Position numbers and translations under genes: made by a program
Source of the DNA: Octopus bimaculoides
Taxonomy: Eukaryota
Length of the DNA: 63,660 bases
NCBI RefSeq assembly: GCF_001194135.2
Contig: NC_068996.1
Coordinates: forward strand, 22,589,969-22,653,628
Reading direction: 5' to 3'
In this document: piece by piece, positions 1 to 13,700 of the stretch
Position numbering within the stretch: the first letter of the stretch is position 1
Layout: every line of letters begins with the position of its first letter
Notes under the pieces: generated by a model
Database searches by the model: none
Told to the model about the DNA's origin: nothing
What the model saw: the letters and a program-made list of their open reading frames with translations, nothing else

Positions 1-1019
1 TACACACACACACACACACACACACCTTCCCCCAAACTGAGATTCATCATCATTGACTATACCTCCGTCCATGTTTACCATTCATTGTGCTCACTTTTAT
101 CTTCATCTATAGATGTCTTTCACTCAGCTTTTACATTCTTATGAACCTACCTACCCAGCCATCCATGATTCTCTGGCTTTATATTCCTCTTTATCCACCT
201 TCTTGTAGCTTAGGGCTGGCCAGATGCCTTGTCTCCACCTCCATCTTTCTTCCTTTCCTGCTGGAGTAATTGTGTATCTCCTCAACAGCATGACACCCGT
301 TTATTGTCTCTCTATCAACTTCTTAACACCCAGCATAAAACCACCTCCCTCAATACTGTACTCCCACTCTATCATGGGGGGGGGGTCTTATCTTGCAAAT
401 TACTTAAGAACCTCACTAGTACCGGTGCCTATAAAATAACACCCAGTAACTTTGTAAAGTATATATATATTAGTGACCGCGACACCAGCACCTGTTCTGA
501 CACTGTTATTCTGTATATCACTGATGGAGAGATGAGTCACTGCTATTTCTAGTGGTCGAGCATCCATCATTGACAAGACAAAGGAAGGTCGAAATCACGG
601 GATCTGGAGATTGTGGGGATTTATCTCTCCACTAGCGATATAAATTAGAGTGCATTTTGCACCAAAGCCCATATGTGAGTTCCTTTCATGGTATCTACTG
701 CAGCATAGCTTGTTCTAATAGAACATCCACATTCAAGTAGGTATAAATATTAACTCTGTAGAGTTGTTGGCATTATGAAGAGCATCCAAGCATAGACAAC
801 CATGCCACAGCAGACATTAGGTCCCGATATTCTCTGGCTTGTCAGATCCTGTCAAACAGTCTGGCTCATGCCAGCATGGAATGCAGACATTAAATAATAA
901 TGATAATGATGATGTGTGTGTCTATGTGTGTGCATGCATCTATTTCATATGTTTGTATGTCTGTATATTTTCTAATAGTAATATTCATTAACAGAAAGAT
1001 GAGTGAGTGTGTGTTTGCA

Positions 1020-1059
<40 letters not shown>

Positions 1060-1898
1060 CACACACACACACACGCGCACACACAAACTCACTCACATTT
1101 TCTCTCCATTAATGAACATTGGTATTGGAAAATAATATGTGCACAGTAACAAAGAGTCATTAGACTGTGGCCATGCTGGGGCACTGCCTCGAGAAATTTT
1201 ATTTGAACTAATTGACCCCAGTACTTATTTTGAAACCAAGTACTTATGCTATCAGTCCCTTTTGCCAAACTGCTAAGCTATAGGGACATAAACACACTAA
1301 CACTGTCTGTCAATCGGTGGTAGGGGACAAACACAAAGACACACACACATAATTACATATATATATATATATATATATATANNNNNNNNNNNNNNNNNNN
1401 NNNNNNNNNNNNNNNNNNNNNNNNNNNNNNNNNNNNNNNNNNNNNNNNNNNNNNNNNNNNNNNNNNNNNNNNNNNNNNNNNNNNNNNNNNNNNNNNNNNN
1501 NNNNNNNNNNNNNNNNNNNNNNNNNNNNNNNNNNNNNNNNNNNNNNNNNNNNNNNNNNNNNNNNNNNNNNNNNNNNNNNNNNNNNNNNNNNNNNNNNNNN
1601 NNNNNNNNNNNNNNNNNNNNNNNNNNNNNNNNNNNNNNNNNNNNNNNNNNNNNNNNNNNNNNNNNNNNNNNNNNNNNNNNNNNNNNNNNNNNNNNNNNNN
1701 NNNNNNNNNNNNNNNNNNNNNNNNNNNNNNNNNNNNNNNNNNNNNNNNNNNNNNNNNNNNNNNNNNNNNNNNNNNNNNNNNNNNNNNNNNNNNNNNNNNN
1801 NNNNNNNNNNNNNNNNNNNNNNNNNNNNNNNNNNNNNNNNNNNNNNNNNNNNNNNNNNNNNNNNNNNNNNNNNNNNNNNNNNNNNNNNNNNNNNNNNN

Positions 1899-1933
<35 letters not shown>

Positions 1934-3944
1934 GATGGGCTTCTTTCAGTTTCCATCTACTAAATCCACTTTGGTCAGCCTGAAGCTAAACCCAGGACCA
2001 TGTGGTTGGAAAGCAAACTACTTACCACATGGCCACACCTGTGCATATATAAATGCCCAACAAATGGGAACATGAAACTCTGAGTAGCAGTTTTTTTGTG
2101 ATATTTTTTGTGATGTTTTTGCAGCATTGATAATAATACATCAGAACTTATCTGCAAGTCTTGGTGGTCCAAATCGGATGTGCAATCTATATGAGTGTCT
2201 TTTCAGAACATTGTCTGATTTAAAAAGCCATCAGATGCCATGATGATGGTGCTAAGGTGTAGGTACAGGAGGTGGTCAAACAGTACCTCCCGACTGGCCT
2301 TTGTGCCGGTGGCACGTAAAAGCACCCATTACACTCTTGGAGTGGTTGGCATTAGGAAGGGCATCCAGCTGTAGAAACTCTGCCAAATCAGATTGGAGCC
2401 TGGTGTAGCCATCTGGTTCACCAGTCCTCAGTCAAATCGTCCAACCCATGCCAGCATGGAAAGCGGACGTTAAACGACGATGATGATGATGATGATGATG
2501 ATGATATATATAAAGATAGATACTCTCACATCATACATAATGATGTAGCATTTAATGAATGAACAGTATTTTAGTACATGAGAGGTGGGGGAGGGAGAGA
2601 GTATGGTGAGCAGGAGCGGAGAAAGGGAAAAAGAATAAAACCTGTTCTTGCTGAAGTAATGATGTATGCATTTGAGTTTGGTAAATAAGTATGTGTTTGT
2701 GTATTATATACTTATTTAGATACATTTATATATGTTCGTGTGTGTGTGTGTAATTATAATCACTTACACATATAGACATGTTTATTTAACAAAAACAAAT
2801 ACAAGTGACTTTACTTCAGCAGAAAACAGGTTTTATGATTTTTTTTTTTTCCCTAGGCCTTATTTCTCTCTTTCTCTTTCTCATACACACACATTAAAAT
2901 TTTAGGGACGACCCATCCGTGAAACTGAGTGCTAGAAGATCTGTGTCCCACCCACATGTAACAACACACTTTTCACCCCCTCTACCGTAAGAGACCGAAC
3001 TACAACTCCTCTTCTAACTGCATCATTCTCTTCCTCACATTTCCTCTTCATAAATCATTATTGTTTTCCAATCCCCTTTCTTACCCTCACTACCCTGCTC
3101 AATGTACTGCTGATCCCCCCACCCCCAACACCCATGCCCTATTATTTCTACCCAGGTTCTATGCTCATATTCTTATTACTTGTGAGTATACCCTAGCACT
3201 ACACCATCTCTCTTCTACTCTCCCTGCCACTTTTGCTGTTTCCTACTCTCTTTCAATTTCCCTTTGGTCACACTCTCTCTCTCCTTCTCTTGTTTTCCCT
3301 CTGACTAGATAACCAAGTATCTCCTTTACATCGGCACACTTGTTTCTGGCCTCTTTCTTGTACCCCCCTCTCTCTCTATCTTACTGGGTAACCACATACC
3401 TCCTCTTTAGCTAGACATCTATTTCTGCCTCTCTATTTCTGTTAGACTCTAACTTTTCATCATTTGATACTGGATCATCTCCTCTAATGCTCTCTCTATT
3501 GTGGAAAGACACCTGCTTCTGTCTCTCAGTCTCTTTGTCACACTCTGACCTTTCATCCTCTGACACAAGTTCCACTCCTCAAATGCCCTGCCCCTCTCTT
3601 ATAATTCCTTGTCTTGTGAGTTACTTGGTTACCCAAGTAACTCACAAATGCTGGTGACACATTAAAAGCATCCAGTTCACATTGTAATGTGCTAGTGCCA
3701 TGTAAAAAAAACACTTAGTCCATTCTACAGAGTGGTTGATGTTAGCAAGGGTATCCAGCCATAAGATCCTGGCCAAAACAGACACAGTAACCTCAGGTAG
3801 TTTTTTTACCTGGTTGGCTTCTGTCAACTGTCCTACCCATGCATGCATGGAAGATGGACATTCAAACTCAATGATGATGTTGATGATGTGTGTGTGTGTG
3901 TGTGTGTGTGTATGTATAAATATACTTACACACGCACACACATG

Positions 3945-3983
<39 letters not shown>

Positions 3984-4164
3984 GTATGTATATATATATA
4001 TACCTGAATCTATAGGAGATTTACAGAAGAAACACAACTAAGATCTATAGGGGAATTAGAGAGGAAATTCCAGGCATGAAAACTTAACCTTTTATTGAGA
4101 GGTCTTATGGTAAACCTGTCAAAGATGAAGGTTTTAGGTACAAACACCATATCTTAAACAATGA

Positions 4165-4850
4165 TGATGATGTACCCAGTGTAAGCTCTGGCCAAACAAG
4201 AGCTGTGAAATAAATGCAGGGTATTTGAGAATGTAAGCTTCATATGTAATACATGCACCGGAGCACACCAGAAATAGTTTCTCTTAAATGCTTGGAGGAC
4301 TCACTTGAAGTTGTTGATAGCTTTTGCTACCTTGATGTAATTATCATGAGAGGTGGTTGCTCTGAGTAAGAAGAGATTGGAGAAAGTTCAGGGTGCTGCT
4401 ACCACTGCTGTTGGCAAAGATCTTTGTCCTTAGAGTGAAGGGCAGATTGCATCACATCTGAGTGTGAAGTGCAATACTGCATTGTAATGAGACATAGGCC
4501 TAGAATGCAAAAGACTTGAGAAGACTGGAAAGAAGTTGAGCAAGCATGCTCCATTATGTGCAATGCGAGTGTGCATGAAACAAATAGTACAAAGATACTG
4601 AGTTAAAAACTGGACATGAGAGGAATTAGATGTAGTGTGAAAGAAGACTGCACTACTATGAACATATGATGCATGAGTGAGGGCAGATGTATAAAGAAGT
4701 GTTGGTTACTAGAAGTGGATGAAACCTGCAGAAGTAGAATACTCAGAAAGACATGGGAAAAGAAGAAGACTGAAGTCAGGACTTTGAACCTCATGGAAGA
4801 GATGGCAAAGGACAAAGATGGCTGGCAAAATGCAGTTCTTGAGAATATCG
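4165..4850 (+). mobile_element. RTE-clade LINE fragment (decayed RT C-terminus)
   Basis: LEVVDSFCYL-type motif and ETW/WMC-type downstream motifs, shared with the copies at 27.4 and 54.6 kb. Confidence 0.65.
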
Positions 4851-5317
4851 GTTCATGTCAACAGGAATGTGCTCAAGCAGTGTGTGTGTATATATATACA
4901 TATATATAATCATTTAATGTCTATGTTCCATACTGGGTTGGATGACTGTATCCAATGGTCTCAAGGACTAAATTGTTTTCCAGTGTCAGTATAGCATGGT
5001 TTCTGTGGTTATTTCTCTTACTGCCTAATTGGCACCTATGCCAGTGGAATGTTAAAAGCATCATTTGAACGTGATCATTGCCAGGGTCGCTGACTGGCTC
5101 CTATGCAGGTGGCATGTAAAAACCACCATTTGAGCATGGCCGATGCCAGTACCACCTCTTGGAGTGAATGGCATTAGGAAGGGCATCCAGCTGTAGAAAC
5201 TTTGCCAGATCACATTGGAGACTGGTAAAGCCTTCTGGCTCACCAGCCCTCAGTCACACCGTCCAACCCATGCCAGCATGGAAAGTGGACGTTAAACGAT
5301 GATGATGATGAGGAGGA

Positions 5318-7073
5318 GGAGAAGTTTCAGGTGTGGAAGCAAGGACTAGAATGGAAGGGCCTTAGAGTCAACCTAGCTAAAACCAAAGTCCTAATAAGTA
5401 GGAAGGTAGACAAAACACAAACCCTTTCAGGTAGATAGCCCTGCTTGATCTGTAGAAAAGGCGTAGGTAGAAACTCCATAAGATGTACCCAGTGTAAGCT
5501 ACGGACACATAAGTGGTGCAGCAATATCAAAGGAAGGCTAACTAGCAAGATAGTTTTTGTATGTGGCAGATGCTNNNNNNNNNNNNNNNNNNNNNNNNNN
5601 NNNNNNNNNNNNNNNNNNNNNNNNNNNNNNNNNNNNNNNNNNNNNNNNNNNNNNNNNNNNNNNNNNNNNNNNNNNNNNNNNNNNNNNNNNNNNNNNNNNN
5701 NNNNNNNNNNNNNNNNNNNNNNNNNNNNNNNNNNNNNNNNNNNNNNNNNNNNNNNNNNNNNNNNNNNNNNNNNNNNNNNNNNNNNNNNNNNNNNNNNNNN
5801 NNNNNNNNNNNNNNNNNNNNNNNNNNNNNNNNNNNNNNNNNNNNNNNNNNNNNNNNNNNNNNNNNNNNNNNNNNNNNNNNNNNNNNNNNNNNNNNNNNNN
5901 NNNNNNNNNNNNNNNNNNNNNNNNNNNNNNNNNNNNNNNNNNNNNNNNNNNNNNNNNNNNNNNNNNNNNNNNNNNNNNNNNNNNNNNNNNNNNNNNNNNN
6001 NNNNNNNNNNNNNNNNNNNNNNNNNNNNNNNNNNNNNNNNNNNNNNNNNNNNNNNNNNNNNNNNNNNNNNNNNNNNNNNNNNNNNNNNNNNNNNNNNNNN
6101 NNNNNNNNNNNNNNNNNNNNNNNNNNNNNNNNNNNNNNNNNNNNNNNNNNNNNNNNNNNNNNNNNNNNNNNNNNNNNNNNNNNNNNNNNNNNNNNNNNNN
6201 NNNNNNNNNNNNNNNNNNNNNNNNNNNNNNNNNNNNNNNNNNNNNNNNNNNNNNNNNNNNNNNNNNNNNNNNNNNNNNNNNNNNNNNNNNNNNNNNNNNN
6301 NNNNNNNNNNNNNNNNNNNNNNNNNNNNNNNNNNNNNNNNNNNNNNNNNNNNNNNNNNNNNNNNNNNNNNNNNNNNNNNNNNNNNNNNNNNNNNNNNNNA
6401 GCCAGCTCACTTATTTGTATCTTTACTTCATTGGACACTAAACTCTGCTTGTGAAGACCTGTTGAGGCAAGTGAATTTGAAATCAAAATCGAACCAAATT
6501 CGACGACTGGCATCCATGCCAACCTCTCCTTCATTGGACACTAAACTCTGCTTATGAAGACCTGTTGGGGCAAGTGAAATTGAAATCGTAATTGAACCAT
6601 ATTCGATGACTGGCACTTGTGCCAGTGGAGCACTAACAGCACTGTCCGAGTGTGATCATTGCCAGAGCAGCTGTCTGGCTTCCATGCTAGTGACCCATAA
6701 ATAGCACCATTTGAGCGTGATCGTTACCAGCGTCACCTTACTTGCACTTGTGCCAGTGGCACATTAGAAAATCATTCGAGCGAGGTCATTGCCAGTCAGG
6801 CTGGACTGGCTCCTGTGCAGGTGGCACATATAAAACACCATTTTGAGTGTGGCCATTGCCAGTACCGCATGACTGGCCCTTGTGCCGGTGCCACGTAAAA
6901 ATACCCACTACATTCTTGGAGTGGTTGCTGTTAGGAAGGGCATCCAGCTGTAGAAACTCTGCCAGATCAAATTGGTGCCTGGTGCAGCCATCCGGTTCAC
7001 CAGTCCTCAGTCAAATCATCCAACCCATGCTAGCATGGAAAGCGGACGTTAAACGATGATGATGATGATGTTG
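5318..7073 (+). mobile_element. RTE-clade LINE 3' part spanning a gap, ending in (GAT)n tail
   Basis: WKQGLEWKGLRVNLAKTK followed by a C4HC3 finger; 3' UTR with tandem subrepeats and the ...ggacgttaaacgatgatgat tail. Confidence 0.75.
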
Positions 7074-8789
7074 NNNNNNNNNNNNNNNNNNNNNNNNNNN
7101 NNNNNNNNNNNNNNNNNNNNNNNNNNNNNNNNNNNNNNNNNNNNNNNNNNNNNNNNNNNNNNNNNNNNNNNNNNNNNNNNNNNNNNNNNNNNNNNNNNNN
7201 NNNNNNNNNNNNNNNNNNNNNNNNNNNNNNNNNNNNNNNNNNNNNNNNNNNNNNNNNNNNNNNNNNNNNNNNNNNNNNNNNNNNNNNNNNNNNNNNNNNN
7301 NNNNNNNNNNNNNNNNNNNNNNNNNNNNNNNNNNNNNNNNNNNNNNNNNNNNNNNNNNNNNNNNNNNNNNNNNNNNNNNNNNNNNNNNNNNNNNNNNNNN
7401 NNNNNNNNNNNNNNNNNNNNNNNNNNNNNNNNNNNNNNNNNNNNNNNNNNNNNNNNNNNNNNNNNNNNNNNNNNNNNNNNNNNNNNNNNNNNNNNNNNNN
7501 NNNNNNNNNNNNNNNNNNNNNNNNNNNNNNNNNNNNNNNNNNNNNNNNNNNNNNNNNNNNNNNNNNNNNNNNNNNNNNNNNNNNNNNNNNNNNNNNNNNN
7601 NNNNNNNNNNNNNNNNNNNNNNNNNNNNNNNNNNNNNNNNNNNNNNNNNNNNNNNNNNNNNNNNNNNNNNNNNNNNNNNNNNNNNNNNNNNNNNNNNNNN
7701 NNNNNNNNNNNNNNNNNNNNNNNNNNNNNNNNNNNNNNNNNNNNNNNNNNNNNNNNNNNNNNNNNNNNNNNNNNNNNNNNNNNNNNNNNNNNNNNNNNNN
7801 ATATATATATATATATATATAAAAGAGACCGATAGAATAAGTACTAGGCTTACAAAGAATAAGTCCTGGGGTCGATTTGCTCGACTAAAGGTGGTGCTCC
7901 AGCATGGCTGCAGTCAAATGACTGAAACAAGTAAAAGAGTAAAAGAGTATATGCACAATTGGTTCCTCCACTCGATTCTTTCCTTCTCAAGATAACCACC
8001 ACCCATCACCTTCCTAACTGCTGTTCTTCCTTGATACAGCTTTTACTCCTATCCAGAACCACTTCACTTGTCACCCATTGTTCATTTTTTAATTCTTATC
8101 TCCACTCATACTTTTATTGATCACCCCCCTCACTATACCATGAAATTATCTCCTCCACCACCACACACACACACCATACAACCCATCTTCCTCATACACA
8201 GTACATGCTTCTCCTTTTCTTCTCCATCAACTCCTACAACTTACCTCATAACCATCAGCTTTCTTTTATCCCCCTGTTCACTGCCATGAATAAGACATCC
8301 CAACTCTTTCCACTCATTTCTGGCACTCCTGCCCTACTCATTCCTAATCATCTTATATCTTGAGAGTTCACTGTGACACTTCATCACCAATTTTTAGCTT
8401 CCGCCTCCCTCTCTTCTAAAGCATGAGTAGTCCTGTAGCTCCTTTTCAACAAGAGACCTACCTGCTTGTTTTTGCTCTTTTCTCACATGCTTTACCCTTC
8501 TCTACTTCTTGTTCTCCTAGCATAAAGTTCCAATTTAAGGTCTGTGGTCTTGCAAGTTACATGGCAATCACATTAATGTTGGTGGTATGAAAAAAAAAAA
8601 AAGCAAAAACACCCAGTACACACTGTAAAGTGGCTGGCATTAAGAGGGGCACCTAGCCACAGAAACTATGCCATACTGACACTGGAAAACAATTTAGTCC
8701 TTGAGACCATTGGATACAGTCATCGGGGCCCATGCCAGTATGGAACATAGACGTTAAATGATTATATATATGTATATACACACATAAAT

Positions 8790-9628
8790 AACATGCAGAC
8801 AGGATACACTGACCCAGGAGGAATTGAAATCCCTGAATCAAAATCAATGCATGACCTGGGCATTGACATGAGCAATGATGCATCTTTCCAGGTGCATATT
8901 ACCAATTTGGTAATAAAATGCAGATGGCTGGCTGGATCGATCCTTCGAAACAAGAGAGAAGGAGACATTGATGATCCTCTAGAGGACATACGTTCTCAGT
9001 CGCTTAGACTGTTGTTCCCAGCTATGGTCACCACACAATTAAAAATCCATGGCAGAACTCGAAGCAATCCAAGAAAGCTACACTAGAAAATTCATCTTGA
9101 TGCAACATGTCAGCTACTGGGAAAAACTTGGAGAATTAAAACTCTTCTCCCTCGAATGAAAGCAGGAAAGATATGCAGTGATATACATCTGGAAAATCCT
9201 AGAAAGCCTTGTACCAAACTTTGGCATTGACTTTATATATATATATAAAGTTACTCAAACTGCAGAACAGGGCGCCATTGCATAATGCCAAAGATCCCAG
9301 CATCACCATCAAAATACAGGACCAGATACCGCAACAGCTTGGGTTTCAAGGGCCCACAGCTCTTTAATATCCTTCGAAAATACCTGAGAGACCTGCATGG
9401 TGTGGATGTGTCTTTAAAACAAAATTGGATCTTTTCTTGTTACGGGTTCTAGACGAGCCTACCTCATGGCAGGAAACACAGATGAGGGCAGCAGCATCAA
9501 ACTCCCTCATTGACCAAATGCCACATATCAAATAATGGTGTAGCTCAGTCAATGGTAGTGCTCCAGCATGACCACAGCTTTGCAGCTGAAACATCTTAAA
9601 ATAGTAAAATAGTTAAAATAAAATAGTA
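8790..9628 (+). mobile_element. CR1/L2-like LINE 3' fragment with 3' tail
   Basis: DLGIDMSNDASFQVHITNLV...LAGSILR (DLG-type RT C-terminus), followed by the decayed RRERY region and a tail similar to the dominant SINE 3' end. Confidence 0.7.
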
Positions 9629-12229
9629 TATATATACATATGTAAGGGACGACCGTGCGAACTCATAAAAGGAGAAATGGTGACGAATGGAAAAACAGAG
9701 GACTCCTTTTATTTAAACGTGTCACACGGCCGAACACACAATAATATGTATCAGAGATGATATACATATGTTATGCGACGATAACATAGATGACCAGTAA
9801 TGAAAGACCACAACCGTATTAGATGAATAACAGATATTTATTGTAGCGTTAAAGATGTATGTCTGTGTGAGAGTGTGAATGCGACATATAAGAACATAAT
9901 CAAAGACAGGCCGTCATACAAAGAAAAGTGTGTATGTGAGTGATACATGTGTGTGTATGTTATTACAGCAGAGAGAAAGAGAGTCANNNNNNNNNNNNNN
10001 NNNNNNNNNNNNNNNNNNNNNNNNNNNNNNNNNNNNNNNNNNNNNNNNNNNNNNNNNNNNNNNNNNNNNNNNNNNNNNNNNNNNNNNNNNNNNNNNNNNN
10101 NNNNNNNNNNNNNNNNNNNNNNNNNNNNNNNNNNNNNNNNNNNNNNNNNNNNNNNNNNNNNNNNNNNNNNNNNNNNNNNNNNNNNNNNNNNNNNNNNNNN
10201 NNNNNNNNNNNNNNNNNNNNNNNNNNNNNNNNNNNNNNNNNNNNNNNNNNNNNNNNNNNNNNNNNNNNNNNNNNNNNNNNNNNNNNNNNNNNNNNNNNNN
10301 NNNNNNNNNNNNNNNNNNNNNNNNNNNNNNNNNNNNNNNNNNNNNNNNNNNNNNNNNNNNNNNNNNNNNNNNNNNNNNNNNNNNNNNNNNNNNNNNNNNN
10401 NNNNNNNNNNNNNNNNNNNNNNNNNNNNNNNNNNNNNNNNNNNNNNNNNNNNNNNNNNNNNNNNNNNNNNNNNNNNNNNNNNNNNNNNNNNNNNNNNNNN
10501 NNNNNNNNNNNNNNNNNNNNNNNNNNNNNNNNNNNNNNNNNNNNNNNNNNNNNNNNNNNNNNNNNNNNNNNNNNNNNNNNNNNNNNNNNNNNNNNNNNNN
10601 NNNNNNNNNNNNNNNNNNNNNNNNNNNNNNNNNNNNNNNNNNNNNNNNNNNNNNNNNNNNNNNNNNNNNNNNNNNNNNNNNNNNNNNNNNNNNNNNNNNN
10701 NNNNNNNNNNNNNNNNNNNNNNNNNNNNNNNNNNNNNNNNNNNNNNNNNNNNNNNNNNNNNNNNNNNNNNNNNNNNNNNNNNNNNNNNNNNNNNNNNNNN
10801 NNNNNNNNNNNNNNNNNNNNNNNNNNNNNNNNNNNNNNNNNNNNNNNNNNNNNNNNNNNNNNNNNNNNNNNNNNNNNNNNNNNNNNNNNNNNNNNNNNNN
10901 NNNNNNNNNNNNNNNNNNNNNNNNNNNNNNNNNNNNNNNNNNNNNNNNNNNNNNNNNNNNNNNNNNNNNTTTAACTTAATATATATATATATATATAAAT
11001 TTAATTTGTGTATACAAATTTAATTTGTGGTCCGTGGGAAGAGCCATTTTAACGATGCGTCCTGCCCTAACTCTTCGAAACACCTGTGTTAGAATGGGGG
11101 CAACTGATGAAGGAAAATGTTCTCTGTGTGGCCTGTGTGTTTTCTGTACTCTGGTTATTATTATTTTTTTGTCTACGTTTTGTTTGCAATGTCCTGTACC
11201 CAGATATGCACCTATATATACAGGTAGATGTAGGTATACTTTGGTCAATCCAGAGCTATAGTAGAAGACACTTACCCAAGGTGCTACACAATGGGACTGA
11301 ACCCAAGCTTTACATGGTTGAGAAGCCTTAACTATATAGCCATGTCTATGTCTATAAAATCTATTTTTCATTTACATTCACTCATATCAATGCATTTTAT
11401 CAACCCTTTTGTTTTGCGTGTTTGAGGTAACATTAGCTTAATATACCACTAACCTCAAGTTGAGTATCTGATCTAATGGACTAGATTCTGTATTTTTGCA
11501 TGCACGATCTGAAGTGATCTGCTTGGTTAGTCTGCTTGAAGTGATAATCTGTTTCCATTTTGGATTACCATAATATTTGAAGTGGAACATTTGAAAATTA
11601 TAAACTATAAACTCATGAAACCTAAGATAGTTTCAAAAACCCACAAATAAATAATACAAATATTATCCACACTCAAGAAAGAAAGAAAAGAGGAGATAAA
11701 TAAAGAAACTTTCATCTAAGAGTGGATCAGAACAGCTGAAACAACTAATATAGCAAACACACACGCTCACTCACTCACTTACTCATTCACTTACCCACCC
11801 ACTCACCGAAACCCACCCATTCACTCATTCACACTCCCTTTCTCTCTGTCTCAAATTTTTATTGGGAGCTACCATTCTTAAAAATTAAGGACTTGTTCTC
11901 TTTGGATCATTTTGGTTTGGTTTCTATGGTTGGATACCATCTCTGTTTCCAACCACTTTACTGTGTGTACTGGATGCACTTTCTCATGCGCCCAGAGAGG
12001 CTAAATAGCTCTTGACAAAACAGGACTAAATTGACCTCACTACCCAGTTCTGTTTCTGATCATTTGCTGACCACTTTACATTATGTACTGAGAATATTTT
12101 CTGAGGCACCATCACTAGGAAGGTAACCTTCCTCCCCAATCACCTGTAGAAGGAGTGTGACAGGTTCTGTTGTGGTACAAGTGGGCTGTCTTGTACTCAG
12201 TACACATAAGGAGTACTAGTAATCTAAGG

Positions 12230-13700
12230 TGTGTAGATCAAGGAGGGGAACATGATAGATAGCAATGGTAATAGAAAGGCCAGAAATGGGTAGTTGAGAG
12301 AGGGAATAGGAATGTAAGTGCGGAAAGTACTTAACTCACAATGTATGTATTTGCCCAGATGACCTAGAACGGTATAGGAGATAGATAAAGAGAACAAGAT
12401 ATCAGAATGAACAGAATGAATGGGAGGGTTCAAGAGTATGATGGTGGAGTGGGGGTCAAGGCAGGGATATTTTAGGGAAAATTCAGAATGAGAGTGATTT
12501 ATCTGTAGCTGAGGTGGACTAAGGTAAAGTTGGACGATGAGATATAAGCAAGAGAAGCTATTGTATGACAATACAGGAGATCCAGAAGAGAAAACATGCT
12601 GGTCGGTTGTACAGCAGGATAAAGATAGAGTGTATTGGGTAGTGGATGGTGAGGGTGATCCAATGCAGCCTCTGATATGTGAAGTTAGTGAAGGGCAAAG
12701 GAGCTAGAGTGAAGCAAAGTGGATGCTGCAGTCTGCACAGGTGGTGGAGAGCTGGGAGATGGTGGGCTATAAGTTACAAAGAGATGGGTGATAAGTAGAG
12801 TGAGAAATAGATAGATGAGGAAGCAATGAGAAAGAGAGCAACAAACAGGTTTGGCAGGGTAGAAAAATATACAAAAGTTATATTACTACTTCTAAACACT
12901 AGTTTTGTATCAAGGTACCTTTTGCCATGGGTGTGAGAGGACAAATCTGACCAGTTTGAATGTGAAACAGGTGGAATATTTTGACTGGATAAGGTTGGGT
13001 TAAATGCTATAGGATTAGAGTTTGATAGAGGGACACGAAAAAAGGTCTTTTTGTAGAGGGGATACATTGCTATCCGAGCAGGAAAGGGAGAAAAGAAGGT
13101 AGATATGAGGTGTCAAGGTGTACCCCCAAGGTACAAGGAAGTGGATAAAGAAGGTGCCTATAAAGAGAGAATAGGCACAGAGAACCATGGATAGCCAGGT
13201 GGGTAGGTTTGTAAGGGTGTGAAAGGAGAGTGATGGGTGGTTAGAGATGAGGATAGAGGTGAATGCAGTGAATGGTGAACATGGGTGGAGCAGTCAATGG
13301 ATAATATCAGTTTGAAGATGGTAAGGGGTCAGGAAAGGGGAGGTGGTGAGAGGTGGCAATATGTTAAATGAGGGATAAGTGAATAGATAGATGAGAAACA
13401 GTGAGAAGTGGTGAAGTGTATAAGAGAGAGAAACTGCACAGTGGCAGTGATAGAAGTACAAGGTACATAGGGGTGAATACAGTGAGTGACCAATATGGTG
13501 GTTAGATATCAATGGGAGATATGAGAGGGTGTTCAGGGGAAAAAGGCATTCAGTGGAAAATATGATGGTAGGGGATGATTGTTGAGAATGGAAAGTTGGT
13601 TCCAAATAGAAGGATGATTTGTAGTAGAAAAGGAGAATGGAATATGTGCAGTTCTGATCTCATATAATTATAGTGGCTGAGGCAATCATGCTGCAGTTAG
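12230..13700 (-). mobile_element. Highly decayed Penelope-like element
   Basis: Minus-strand GHLGKYIHCELS resembles GHLDSCLHCELE of the 17.6-kb copy; otherwise only fragmentary similarity. Confidence 0.45.

Noticed and set aside
6420-6900. Regularly spaced repeats resembling a CRISPR array (also 28140-28420, 43410-43570, 56790-57240)
   Set aside because: These are degenerate tandem subrepeats of the RTE 3' UTR without unique spacers, in a eukaryotic context with no cas genes.
9641-9986. Possible LTR starting TGTAAGGGAC
   Set aside because: The sequence runs into a gap; no second LTR, PBS or CA end is visible.
1297-11023. Long ORFs of 130-370 aa in the ORF track, here and at 13.7, 18.4, 24.5, 37.3, 56.4 and 59.9 kb
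   Set aside because: They are artefacts of N runs translated as X; the flanking residues are microsatellite or repeat sequence.
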